A stretch of 64,000 nucleotides of DNA from Dimorphilus gyrociliatus (taxonomy: Eukaryota; Animalia; Annelida), in assembly GCA_904063045.1 (NCBI GenBank), contig CAJFCJ010000025.1:372001-436000 (forward strand), read 5' to 3'. The translations under genes were made by a program, and so were the position numbers. The notes beneath the pieces were generated by a model. The model was not told the origin of the DNA. It saw only the letters and a list, made by a program, of their open reading frames with translations, and searched no databases. Below are positions 22,901-39,983 of the stretch, one piece after another. The stretch's first letter is position 1. Each line of letters begins with the position of its first letter.

Positions 22901-25900
22901 CCGGAACAGGTGACAATAATTGTATAATTTCCAATAGTTCTTGGAATGAACTTTGGAATTAGTACGCTATTTCTCTTTTCAAGTTCATAGTGAACCTCTT
23001 TACTTGAAGGATCTACTACTTCAACTTCAATTTCCGACATTGAACCAGAAGGAGGTATGTCAACATTGAAAACTACTTCCTTATCGACAGGAATTGAACG
23101 AACTCTATCCCAATCTATCCTTATTAGAGAAGAATCAACAATAGGGCATATAAATGGTGAACCTTCAACTTCTTCTTTGTTAAAGTGAATAGCTATAGTA
23201 TGAGGAGTTCTATCTTTCGGGACAAAAATAACTTCATAAACGAAATCACCAACTTGTTCTACTTGACTTATTGCTCGAGCTTGGTCTTCTGCTCGAATAT
23301 CAACTGTTATTGTTCCTATTCCAGCTGTTTGACAATCGACTTGAAAGGCGACAGGTTTTCCGACATTACCTGGTCCTATTGAACTAACTTTTACAAGTCG
23401 ACAATCATAAATTTCAGGATGAAATGGGCTATCGGCTATTTCTCTTCCGTTTAATTTAATGCTCACTTCATGCATTCCAACTTCTTGAGGTATATATTCA
23501 ATCTTCCATCCCGATGAATCAGTAGGTGATGGAAGGGGATTCAATTTCCTTCCAGAAGGAGATTTAATTTCAACATCTAGTTCAGAGTTATCTCCCATAG
23601 ACGAACTGACTACAAAGAAGGATGTTTTTTTCTGAACTGAAGCTAACCCTAATCCGTCTCCGTGAGCAGTAACTTCTGACGAATCTGTAATTTTAGTTAC
23701 GAATGGACTTCCCGGAACTGCATAACCATTAAAGGAAACGTGCATTAAGTGATCCATAGCCTTTTCCGGTGTGAAAGATACATTTATTTTATGATCTTTT
23801 CCATACATGGGTACATTAGGCACATTTTTATTATCTACAGTAACTTTAATGGCTAATTGTCCTGCACCAGCGTTAGATGGGTCAATAATAGCTGTAAGTT
23901 TTTCACCAACATTTCCCTTATGAACTGGATTTACAGTAACTTTTGAAGGATCATAAGCTTTCGATTGGAAAGGTGATCCGTTAACATCCTGATCTGTAAT
24001 CTTTAAATATAAATTGTGTATTCCAAGTTCCAATGGAGTATAAAAAACAAGAAAATCATGCTCGTCAACTTCTTTAATCTTTATAGGTAACTTCCTTGAT
24101 TCGTAATCTATGTTTATATATAAAATATTCATTATATTTATTTCTTAAAGAAGTTATTAGCAAATTAATTAATTAATTAATTAGTTAATTAATGTTAATG
24201 TTTGAAGCTTACCTTGCAAAGGTTTAAATTGCAGAAAAGTTGACAAAAAAAATCATAAATTTTTGGAGAAAAAAATGCGGAAAAAATAGATGATTAAGCG
24301 TAAACAGTAGCGATTATCAAAGCGTTCATTTTGGATTAATTAATAAAGCGTAATTGTTAATTATGTTAATAGTTCGTTATGATTAATGCTTATTATATCA
24401 AACGTATTATAGTTAATTGTTATAAGCTTTAGATGATAAGCTAGATAATGAAACGTTGAACACTTACCCATTACCATTACATCTAACATACTTTTGTTGA
24501 ATCCAGTACTAGGCATATTTAGTCTAAAGTATGTTTCCTCTCTACATTTCACTAAACCTATTCCATCTCCACTAACAGATACTCTCGATATGTCGAGAAC
24601 GTTAAATTTAAAAGGACTGCCTTTTACGTGAAAAGAGTTGAAAGTGACTGAAGCTTCGTGCAAAGCTCCTTCCAAAGGTGTGTAAGTTACTTCAAATTTT
24701 CCAGAACCAATTTGCTGTACATGATTTTGAATATTCTTTCCAGATACAACACCAATAGCTATTTGTAAATTTCCTTCTCCAGCACCGTTAGCGTCTACAA
24801 GTAGGCTGCTTTTTCTACCAACAAAGCCATCATGGATTTCGGAGACAAAAATCTTTGACGGATCACTACAGCGAGCTGTAAATGGGCTACCTCTGATTTC
24901 TGTTCCACAGTATAGGATAATTATCTGATGCTTTCCAACTTCCTGTGCAACGTAAACAACTTCAAATCCTCCAGAGTAAGATCCATTAGTATCTATAGAC
25001 AGTTTCTGATCGTTTGGACCTAAAATGTTCGAATAATAGAATAAAAAGGCAAATGTATAACATTATTATTACCGAATACTATAACTTCTAAGTCGGCCTC
25101 CCCTGCTGCTGTTGTATCAACGTGAAACATAGCTGGCTTATTAACAGTACAATTCTCTAATCCTTGCCCTCTTGCAACAACCCTCCCAGTGTCAAGAACT
25201 GGTATAGTTAAAGGACATCTTGGGGCTCTCTCACCATTGAAAGTTACGTCGACTATGTGAGGTGTAGATGTTCTAGGTACAAATGACAATACAAAGAGTC
25301 CTTTACGACCAGCAGCAGCAGGTTTAACAGTATTTTGTACTTGACCATTATTAACAGTTATCTCCAATGGACCTTCTCCTGCTGAGGAAACATCCACTGT
25401 CATCTCAACCGGCTTTCCTACTACAGCAATAGAGGCTTCCCCAATTTGAATAGCAGACGCATCATAAGCTTTTGCCGTGAACGGTGATCCAGGTATGATA
25501 ATGCCTTCAAACTTAACATCAATTGTATGTGAGCCAGGTTCTAGAGGAGTATATGTCAACCTCGAAATTCCAGATCCTATGGGGCTTGATTGTATTGGGA
25601 GTATCCTTCCAGTAGGTGAAGTAACCTGAAAAGAAAAGCGTGGTTTGTTGAAATTTATCATGTTTTTGTTAGTTTTTTATTTTTTAAATTACATTTGCAG
25701 TTACGGTCCCATTGTTATTCAAGCCACAGTCCACGTCAAACGATGCTATTTGATGACAAGATATGGGACCCGAAAGTCCACGACCAGAAGCGTGAACTCT
25801 TTGTGCAGATTTAACATCAATATTCCAAGGACTACCCCTTAATTCGACACCATTAAATTTCATTCTAACAACGTATGTACCTCCCTCTAAAGGTACGAAG

Positions 25901-28900
25901 GCAGCGTGAAATTGCTTATTCCCCCGACTTTGAGCAGCGCATTTTACAGAACCGTCGTTAACCATAATCTCCAAATTTCCAGAACCAGCAAGTGAAGCAT
26001 CTATATCAAATTCAATTGGTCGACCAATTAAGCCGAATGAAGTTAAATTCTTTATAACAATTGAACTAGCGTCAAATGCTTGCATTCTAAAAGGACCATT
26101 ACTAATGGGTCTATTCATAAATAGAATCTCGATAAGATGTTCTCCTAAAAACGACAGCGAAATAGTTTGTTAACATTTTCTGATACCCCAATAGATTAAG
26201 TAAGAAAGAGAAATTAAATCAAATATACAACTTACCAACTTGTTTAGGAAGATACTCAACTTTGTAAACACCGCTGGATTGATTATTGATTTTAGATGGA
26301 ACAGAACTACCGCTTGGCGCTAAAAAGTTCGTTGAGAGAAGAATTTGTTTATTTTTAATTAGTAACAGAAATTTTTTATCATATTTAAAAATCAACAAAA
26401 GCTCATATAATTATGATTTGTCTATAAGCAGAATTAAACTATATATATTATATATATTTAAATAAACAACACCAACCTTAAAAAAGGATAACATTTAGAA
26501 AAAAAAGGCGGGAAATTCGAAAAAAAAAAACAAAAGAATGCTGTGAAAAAAAGTTCAACGGATAGGATTAGAAAATGAATGAAAATCGGATTAGGAACTT
26601 TGGAATAGGTAAATATTTTAGGTATTTCGTGAAGCGCGGGCGTGAAGAAGAATAATAGGATTGTCTTTTCTTTTCCTTTTCTTTTCTTTAAAAAGTAAAT
26701 TTTATGCGAAAACCTTGTGAAAGTTTGACAAGAAAAGGAAAAGATCTACTTTTTATCAGAGGGTTAAAGGTTAATAAACAATATCTCTATACAGTTTACA
26801 AGTGATAGTTAAAAGTTAGAAAAGATGCCTCTAGGACCAATAACGAAAGAGGTTTAAAAAAAGCGCGTCTACTTACAAGTGATGTCAACTTTTAAATCCG
26901 ATAGTTTGGTTCCCGGTGAATCGGCGTAGATGAAGAAATTGGCAACATTACCCAATGCACTCGATTTTAAACCATCACCGCTAACCTCAATCTACAAATT
27001 AGTAATGTTTATGAACCTATATTTTTGTTTTAATGCATGTATATATATTTAATATTAGAAATATGTACCTTGGAAGCGTCTACTATCTCTAGTGTAAAGG
27101 GCGAACCTCTTATAGGCAGATTTGCGAAAAGAGCTTTAATTGAGTAAAGTCCAGATCCATGTGGAGTGAAAGTTGCTTTATATACACCTCTTGATTCCCT
27201 TTCAATTTGTGTTGGAATTGGATTTCCACGATGAGTGACTTCAACCAACAAATTTCCTTCTCCTGCATTTGAGCAGTCTGCTGTGAACGAAAAACTTCTT
27301 CCGGCAACTCCACCTTCCAGTCCGCTTATTACTACTCTATTGACGTCAAAGACTCGAATGCTAAACGGTGAACCTTCGAGATCTTTACCATTGTACAGAA
27401 TAGAAATTAACCAATCACCAATTTCCGTAGGAATAAAATTAGATGTGAAAACTCCATCATACTCCTTAATAGACCCTTCGATAGTTTGACCGGACGGAGC
27501 TTTAGCCAAAACCCTCAAGTCTCCTTTGCCAGCATTGCTTGAATCAATCTGAAACGTTGGTAATTTTTTATGAAAGGTATTATTCACAAAACAACCATCT
27601 TGAAATCGTGTCCTTTCCATTTTTGCAAGACGTATACTAATTCAATATCTACTACGAAAATAACAAGTAAGTACTTATTCTTTCAGTTTGAATTATGACT
27701 ATTGATTACCCACCTACTAATTAATATTCATAAAATATAAAAATTGCCTTTAAAGTCAGTGATGAATTGGTTTTCCTATAAATATCATTTTGACAAACAA
27801 TAATTGAAATGAAGGCAGAATTATGATTAGAATAAGGTAAATACAATATGTAGTTAATTTGAGAATATACCCTTCTATATAGTATACAGTATATATAGTA
27901 TTTATATATTTGAAACTTTATACTATACTATATATATATTTAATAAATTTAATACGCAGAGACTTTTTGTCTAAAAATTCGACAGAAATGAAAAGAAATA
28001 GTTTTTTATAGCTTTAAAATATCGATTTACGAACTTTTATGCCAATTATTAATTTCCATATTTTTTTCATTTATAATTATTCATTACACGTTTAACTGAA
28101 TCATAATAGTTTGTACCTTTTATTGTTTATACTATATTGTTTGTTAAATATTAAATATCTTACCCTAAGTTCGTGTTGTGATCCCAATGCGCAAGTCTTC
28201 TCGCAATATGCTAGTCTTACTCTACTTGGATCGGCAAGAACTGGTACATTTATCGGACAACCTTCCAAAATAAATTTTCCATTTGACACTAACACTGAAT
28301 GATCTCCGCTTACATCTGGAACAAATGAACATTCTCCAATATTATCTTTCCATGTTATATGTCTTGCATAAGATCTAGAATTTGGCGTTACTATTTCGCA
28401 TCTCATTTGACGTTTATCTATACCAGGTTCGGCGGCAACTTCAACTTTAATAGCTTGGCCAACTATACTTCTTTGCGACACATTCAAGATTCGTGCAGAA
28501 CGAGAAGGTATTACTTTAACATCAACTGACTTGGGTGAATCTTCTATTGGAAATCCCTTATGGGAAACAACAACTTCGTGTGGTCCAACTTCTAAAGGTT
28601 CAAAATTACCTCTACAATAACGTCCAGCCCAAACTAATTGAGGTTTTGGATTTGTGTTTGGTCCTCTAATATCGATACGAACATCGGATGAAGAGAATTG
28701 ATCGTCTAGACTTTCTACCTGGAAATTTACAATTTCTCCCAAGTGTTTAACAGCATCAATTTGCTTCACAACAATGGCTTTTTGAGCAGGATATTTCACA
28801 TTAACATATCCTGGTGAATTATTAACGAGAAATCCATCGTGCCTTGCATAAATTTGATGCTGTCCCGGTTCTAGTGGAACAAAGTAACATTCAGCCTGAT

Positions 28901-31900
28901 TATTCTTCCATCTGATGTTAATATCCGGTTTAGTTCCTGTTGGGCTAATAATTTCTGCTTGAACTTTACTTGGATCGACAGATTTGTCTAGGGCTTCTAA
29001 TCTGAAATTTGCCTGTTCACCCACTGACGTATATTCATCTGCTATTAAACTGACTGCCGACGCCGCTCTCATTTTGACCCTAATAAAAACGGGACAACCG
29101 GCTATTGCCTCTCCGTTATTCATAACTTTTAATTGATATTGGCCTGATTCCGTTGGCATAAAAGAGCCCCTACCAAACTTTCCAGTCCAATTAATTGGAG
29201 ACGATACCGGAATAGTAGGGCCAACAATATCAACGCTTACATCATACGTTGGTACTGAATCATCAATTATTTTTACGCTGTACTCAACAGGTAATCCAAG
29301 CTGAATTTCTTTATTATAAGAAACTAGTTGGACGGCGCTGTCCTTTGAAATTTGAGCTTTAACCCAAACTAGTGCTGGACAGCCGCTTATTAATTCTCCA
29401 TCGTTCAAAACCCTAATTTGATGTTGACCGGATTCAGTAGGCGTAAATGTTCCTCTACCTTGATTACCAATCCAATTGACAGCTGCAATGGGTGAGGAGT
29501 TTCCAACAATTTCTACACTTACATCAGAAGCGCGAACAGATTCATCGATTATTTTTAAAGTAAATTCCGAAGGTCGCTTAGTGATTGCATCCTTATTGAA
29601 TGAGGTTAGCTGAACTCCATTAGCTTTACTCACGGCTGAGAGCTTTACTAAAACAGGAGCAGGACAACCTGTTATTACTTCGTTTCCGTTCAGAACTCTG
29701 ATTTGATGTGTTCCCGGTTCAGATGGAACAAATTGTCCCTGTCCATACTTTCCAGTCCAATTTACCATCGCTTTCGGTCTGGTATTTGGGCCAATTATTT
29801 CAACGCGCACATCGGCCGTTGAATTTCCTTCCATTAATCGTAAAGTGAAGTCAACTGGTCTACCGCCGTGAACTTCTCTATTGTATTGCGTTAGCTGAAC
29901 AGCGTTAGCCTTTATAGATGGCCGTGGTAGAGATTCTAGCGAGGCGGTCGATGTTTTTTGTATCATTTCGTGTTTAACAAGTCCATTTGTGTTAACTCCA
30001 CTCTTTCTAACGTTCATAAACCAAGCAATATAGGCCATAACTCCTAAATGATCGACGTCTGGATCGGCCATTTCCTTTGCTGGTATAACAGGCTCAATGC
30101 CTAAAGAGACTCTAGCTTCAGTCATAACTGCTTGTAAATTTGCAACATTATCCTCTCCAAGATCTGGAGGCGACCCGCCGAATCTAACAACGAGAGATCG
30201 AAGTAAGATCCCGTCTATCCAGTCCGACGTAAAATTATTAACGTGTTTCGTTGGCATCTGATTTCGAACCCACTTTAAAGTTTGGTCGTATCCAGCAGAA
30301 TTTGCTTTCATAAAATAAGATAAATAGGTCATTCCAGATAATTCATCAAGATCAACGGAAGCCATATGTTCTGGGGTAAGCACCTTGGGTATGCGGAAGA
30401 GATCGTGAGCCAAATCAAGGGCGGTTTTGCAGTTTTTAATTTTGTCATTCCTAGATAAATGACGCCAATCAGGACTAGCTCCTGGTGAACACCAATCAAT
30501 AAGAGCATGCAGGAAGATACCATCATTCCAATCAGTAGATAAATTGGCTATTCGGCATTCTGGAAGAACTGCATTTAACCATGCAAGCATTAATTTTTTC
30601 GGAGGAGATCTTTTCCCAGTAGTGGGCGTTGTTTTTCCAGTCCAAATTTGATATCGTAAAATTAAATGCCATATTAGGGCTAATATAAGTTTAACATTCC
30701 CATTTACGACATCTTCAGAGCCTAAAAAACAGAAGAGTATTCAATTAGATAAGACACACTCTAGATTGTCCTACTAAACTATCAAATATGACTACTTGTA
30801 TATTATTAGTAAAAAGTTGATATAAATATGATAAAAAACAATTCATATTCATCTTAAAAGAATTTACAATTTATAACAAAATACAACAAAATTTTTACAC
30901 AATATGTTACGTATCCCGTGTTCAATAACGTTTAATAGAACTATACATAAATATATAAATATATGTAGTATATACGTCGTTTATTGGATAAAAAGAAAAA
31001 ACAAAATTTAATGACGCAAAAATAATATAATCTTTTCAATTAAAGCGTAGTTTTTTTTTAATAAAATATGCCTTTTATTACTATTATTATTTAGTAGTAT
31101 TAGTATAGTTCAATAAGCAAGGAATCCTAATGAAAAGCCGCTTAAATTCTCGTGTTACTTTTCTTCTCCCTCGCTTACCCACATATAGGCAAATTGTATT
31201 TAATATACTTTTTGTATATTACCCTACAACACAAGAAAGACTTTATAAAAAAGTATTCAATTCACTTGAACCAAAGTTTTAACAGAGAAACAACAACAAT
31301 AAGGAATCCTATATATTATTCATGGGTTGACTTTTGAATGATCAATTTGATTGAATAGTTTTATCAATAATATTGTTTTTTTTTCATTAGAACTCTCTTG
31401 TATAATTAGTTAGAAAACGAGAGAGAGAGAAAGGGGCGGAGTAATAGGTAAATGGGGAATGCAATAAGAGAGATAAAAAAAATTGATCTGATAATGAAAA
31501 AAAGCTACTTGAAAATCAAAGATGAAAAGATATAAAACGTGAATGATGAAATATTTTAGGGATTATTCAAGGAAAAAAAAAGAAGAGATAGAGCATGAAT
31601 AACAGTATTTTATAACCTTAAGGAATAGTAAGACTATGATAAAAAACTACAAAAAAGAGCGAAACATAAAATAATAAATCCTTTTAATATTTTGACAAGA
31701 CAGAAAAAGGGGCGGGGCTTTTAGGTTACGTAAGATAAGGGTTAAAATCTACAGAATAAGCAATAACTATATGTTATGTATTTATTTAAACTTGTATTAG
31801 TATCAGTAAGAGGTCTATAACTGGTTAAGAAAATTTACATATATGCTAAAAGTGAACAAAGCCTCAGAAAAAGGCGTAAAATTTGTAATAAAACTAGGTT

Positions 31901-32782
31901 TTATGCGCATTTTACACACATTTTTAACAGTATTTCGAATATATATATACATATACTTGTATATACTTTATAAGAGTATTTAGCAATCTCATAGAATCTA
32001 TATAAATGTACTACCAATAGCAATCTTATTCTATTGCTAAATCAATCATTGCGTTGGTTAATACTAAAAACTTCTTTATGGCCCTACCCCTACTTCCTTT
32101 TCTGAAGCAATACCTTTAAATTGTCAACATTTTTGGCTAATTATCAAGTTTAGAGTGTTTCTAAATTTAATAATACACCTAGAAAAATAGTTAAAATAGT
32201 TCAAGAATACTCTATATAAAAACGAATGAAAAGAATTAAGGTATATAGTATTTTTTCCATTAATAGATATTATAAATTGACAGTATTTCTTCTCTCTCCC
32301 TCTATCTTTCCCTTTCAGTCTTTCTATATGCTACTATATACTTCTTACATACTGATAGGTATGCATATATTTATTCTATATTCGTTTTATTACTTCTTTT
32401 TGTCTATGTTACGCTTTACTCCCCTGATTTGCTCTTTCATTCTTGTCGTGACAAAACAACTTTTTTGATTAGATCACTTACCAATATTTACCAATTTTAC
32501 TCCGTCTCTAGTTATAGCACGCAAAGCCAATGTGACATTCTCCAATTTCTGGTGCTGATTATTTGGTCTTTTAACAATTCTACCTATCTTTCCTCTGGTT
32601 AAGAACGAGACTAATTCGCATAGTCTTACTCCATTGCATAAGTCCTTTTCCAGATTTTGAACTAAAAACGATTCATCGGCGCTGTTAATACGCAACTGTT
32701 CATTGACCCAATTAGAAAAGGTCGTTACTTGAATTCTTAACCACGCATCATCAGCTCCATGCCATTTACCATCATTGGCCAT
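19976..32782 (-). CDS. jbug: Jitterbug/FLN-2-type filamin: three calponin-homology domains plus many filamin Ig repeats, 12 exons traced, about 2900 aa
   Basis: WLRIQVTTFSNWVN and NLEKDLCNGVRLCELV (CH1), DWNDGIFLHALIDW (CH2), NFTSDWIDGILL (CH3), repeated GSPF Ig motifs, C-terminal GPGIEHG...GAGAGQLTVRVRGPK. All introns traced are GT-AG. The ATG at 32782 is inferred. Confidence 0.93.
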
Positions 32783-33320
32783 TTCTTGTGGGGCGCGGTT
32801 AGTCGACTGACTCACGTTGACACCGCCTTACTATGGGGATTTCTTAAATCCGTTGTAATTTCCTTCGATAATCAACGTTACAAGTTTTGGAAAGCGTTCA
32901 AAATGATCAAGTTAGCCGTGGAGCGCGTTGTTTATAAACTATAAACAGGCTGCAGGAAACAGTTGGAAGTAAAAAATCGATTGAACTCTATTGATGCGAA
33001 CGGCGCGCTTGAATTGAATCGAGCTGTCTGCTATAGAACACCGAAGCGACATCTTACGATCTTTCGGGCAAAAGGGTAGGGACAGGAAGAAAAAAGAATG
33101 AAAGGTTAATAAGCATATTCAAAAAGTAAGAGTAGAAAAAATGAATTAGACAAATTGAGATGGTTGAATCCATTGAGCAGCTAAATAATACATAACTTAT
33201 TCATAATAACAGGAAATAATACATTTATTCCGGTAAATAAAATGGGTTATTTAACTATTTTCGATATATCTGTAAACTTTTTACGTAGATCATTCATAAA
33301 AACGATCATTCAGGCTTAAC

Positions 33321-33629
33321 ATGCGACTTGTAATTTTCGTATTATCAGTATTTTTAGCGTTAGGGAAGACAGACGATAAATTCTTCGAATGTTTAGAAAA
33401 TTGTTCAAGTGAATATGATTCCTGCTCCATCAAACTCTGTAAATTCAAATCAAGTGTAAGGGCAGACATTTTTGTTTAATGAATACAAGTTTTAATAGAA
33501 TTCTTCCTCCTTTAGGCAGAGCTTTTACAGAATGAAGAGAAGGAACGTTGTATGAAAATGTGTTTCGTACTTCATTCAAATTGTCTAAATTATATTTGTG
33601 CATCATTAATCAATCGTAACATTACGTAA
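33321..33629 (+). CDS. Orphan 82-aa secreted cysteine-rich peptide, 2 exons (33321-33455, 33516-33629); absent from the ORF track
   Basis: MRLVIFVLSVFLALG-KTDDKFFECLENCSSEYDSCSIKLCKFKSS|AELLQNEEKERCMKMCFVLHSNCLNYICASLINRNIT*. Signal-peptide-like start, 60-nt phase-0 GTAAGG...TTTAG intron, two identical C-x3-C-x6-C-x4-C spacings. Confidence 0.75.
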
Positions 33630-33781
33630 TCTGTATTTTTGTTATACTAGCTATTGCATATTTCTTATATCTCTAATAATAGAGAGTAAATACAAGCAAT
33701 CATAATACGTAAATGCTTATCTTATCTATTCTTTTTCTAAATAGGACACTTCGTTTAATTATCATTTTACTCAAATTGACC

Positions 33782-35946
33782 ATGGCTAATACATCAAAGA
33801 TTGACAATAACTTATTCAAAGTTCCTCTTAGCACTGGATTTAGGAGATTTTTCTATTTCGTCAAACCGGAAGAAAGCTCCTTTGATAGTCCCGAAAATGT
33901 ACCTAGTTATATTAATGAGGTAATTACGAAAAAGAGGAGTTTTATGTAGTTTTCATTAATAATACGATACTTTCTTGTGTTTAATTTATTCAAATTTATT
34001 CCAATCATTAATTATCATTTCTTTCTGTTTTCCTTTATTTCTTGAATAAAAACTACAAAAAGGCTTTACCATTCTTCTTTGTATTGATAATAACCGAAAA
34101 CATCATCAATTGGTACAAAGACAAAAAAATGATGAGACTAAACGATGCTATGTCATCTATATCCGCTGGTATAATAAGTCAACTACCTCTGTAAGTGTAC
34201 CTAATCCTTCATCTTTTTAATCCTTTTAAGTATTTAATTCAAAATTTTCAAGGTTAATTCGTTAGATTGAAACCCCGATTGTATCTTTTTATAGATTAGA
34301 TTTCGTAGAGATTAACATAGAAAAAAAATAAGAGATTTAATTCTCTGTTTTAATCATAAATACTTTGATTAAAGAAGAATATTATGTAATACTGTTTATA
34401 AAAGTCTGTTTTTATTGATGTTTTCTTGATATTTTATCTTTTTGATAGTCTATTTGGAAGGTCGATTGAAGTTGTCGTTTTTTGCTACGTTCACAAACAC
34501 TATAAGATTGCAGAATTGAATTGGAATAGTCCTATTACATGGTGGATCGGCTTTTTGGGTGTTGATTTGGGATACTATTGTTTACATAGGGCTGGACATG
34601 GTTAATTATTCATTTCTAATAAGAACTGTTTGCAGTATTTTATTTTAACGTTTTGCAGAAATTAATCTTTTTTGGGCTGCTCATCAGGTTCATCACAGTT
34701 CTCAAGATTACAATTTATCAACGGCTCTAAGACAATCGATATTTCAAAGGTATTGTTCATGGATGTTCTACGCTCCTTTAGCCTTATTTCTTCCTCCTCA
34801 AGTGTACATGGTCCATGTACAATTTAATCTGTTATATCAATATTGGATACATACTGAGGTAGTTTAAATAGTTCTTGCTTTTATTAAAATACAAATGTAA
34901 GTCTGTGTGTTAGTTAATTGACACTTTGGGCCCACTTGAATGGATTATGAATACGCCAAGCCATCATAGAGTGCATCATGGAAGAAATCCATACTGCATT
35001 GACAAAAACTACGCGGGTACCCTTATTATTTGGGATAGATTGTTTGGAACTTTCCAAGCCGAAGAACGGGAAGTATCTTATGGCCTTGTGCATCCTTTAC
35101 AAACCTGGAATCCTTTTAACGTACAACTATGCCATTTTAAATGGATTTGGTTAAGATTTAATCAGGAAAAAACAATCTTAGATAAATTATCAACCATATT
35201 CAAAGGTCCTGGATGGCATAAGGGAACACCACGTCTCGGTAAACACGAGGAACTACCAGAAGTAAGATAATTCTCCTATGAGGAAAAAATTACTAAACTT
35301 TAATTAAAAATATCCTCATTAAAAGGTAGAATATCCGGTTAAACTTTATGACAATCACCTGCCTTATTGGTACAATATCTACGTGTTTGCACATTTTTTG
35401 ATACTAATTGTGGCTTATACGGAATTGGTTCAATTTAAAACCGTAAACTAGACATATTCCAACAAATTTATCAAAGAGAATTATATTTTTCTTATATATT
35501 TATTACAGATAATGACGTCATACCAAATAACTTTGGCTATATTATTTATTTTATACAGTTTAACGACCTTTGGTGCCCTTAACGATAAAAAGTAATTGAC
35601 CTATATAAATCTAAAAATTAAAAATATATTTAATCTTTTATCGTTCTTTATTATAGAATTTATGGTTGTTATATGGAATCTGTAAGACTTTTAATATTCA
35701 TGGCGTTATATTTCTATTTCGATCCGGAAAAGAAGTTTCCATCAAAACATTATTTCTATAATGTTAGAGTATTTATGTTAAACATTTAATTGAATATAAA
35801 TAATGCTAATTTATTATTGTTTTTAGGGTATTAAAGTTTTCTCAACTTTTAGCTTTTGTTTATTTACTCTAATTGCTAATCGACAATATACAACTGGAAT
35901 AAATTACTGCCATGAAATCACTCAAAAAACCAAGAAATTATTATAA
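33782..35946 (+). CDS. AGMO: Alkylglycerol monooxygenase (fatty-acid hydroxylase family), multi-exon
   Basis: Histidine boxes YYCLHRAGHE, WAAHQVHHSS, QYWIHTE, MNTPSHHRVHHGRNPYCIDKNYAGTLIIWDRLFGTF. Confidence 0.95.
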
Positions 35947-36863
35947 GAATATTGTTTTTCTTTTATAAAAAAAAACAAAAACTGTTCTCTAGAAAGTTGT
36001 TTCTTTCTCTATCTATTCTATCTATCTTTGCTTGCTACCTATTTTTAAAAATGATCTTTAAGCTTCAAAATATATGTGAATAAAAAGAATTCCACTGATA
36101 ACGAAATAGTTATACAATTGACCTAAGACTTTCTACTGGAGAGTACATATTTTTTTGTCTTAGTACTTCGGGTACAAGTACCAAAGACTAAATATCGTCC
36201 AGTAAGTAGTTTAGAGATTAAAATGTAACGGAATGATGTACGTTACAGAAATTGATGAAAAGGTGGGATAAAAAACACATGAACAGCTGTAAATAAGCAA
36301 ATGGGATACAAAAATTCCCGTATTTTCTTCTATCTTTATTTATAGATACGGATGTTATCGATTTTTAATATACCCGCTTAAATTATTTACATAAATATTT
36401 CATATATAATTGATAATTTTTATGTTAGAAATGTTAATATTATTCGAATTTTTATGTCTCCCCTATAATTTTTCGCTCCTGTTCAAAAGCAGACTGGAAG
36501 ATCAATACGTGCAGTTTAATTTCAATTTTATTACAGCCAACTTTCATTCAAGCAGAGACCTTGAAGAGTGTACATTTTCAAGATACGATTTATAGATTGA
36601 TTTTTATTTTCTTAAATCTATATTATCTGTTCAAGATAAGGCATTATCAAATCAACAAATTTTTGTTACAAGAAAAATTATTAGATGCTTGCAATCAAAC
36701 TATCTGTATTGCATTCAAAGGTACACAGCGCTTCCATGTAAGTTACTTCAATAAACAATAAAGTACATATCGCTGTTTATTTATTTTGTTGTAAGTACTG
36801 TTTGTAATTGACCGGACAAGAAATTACGAACGTATCACGCATACTGAAAAGTTTACAAAAAGT

Positions 36864-39907
<3,044 letters not shown>

Positions 39908-39983
39908 GATTTTGTAGACTTTTCCTTTTAATTCAGTAACGTAGACAACGGATTATTATACTATACTGACGATACTGGTTCTC

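Noticed and set aside
30669-30678. Perfect CArG box CCATATTAGG in the filamin gene
   Set aside because: Lies inside coding sequence (ALIW codons) and is explained by the protein.
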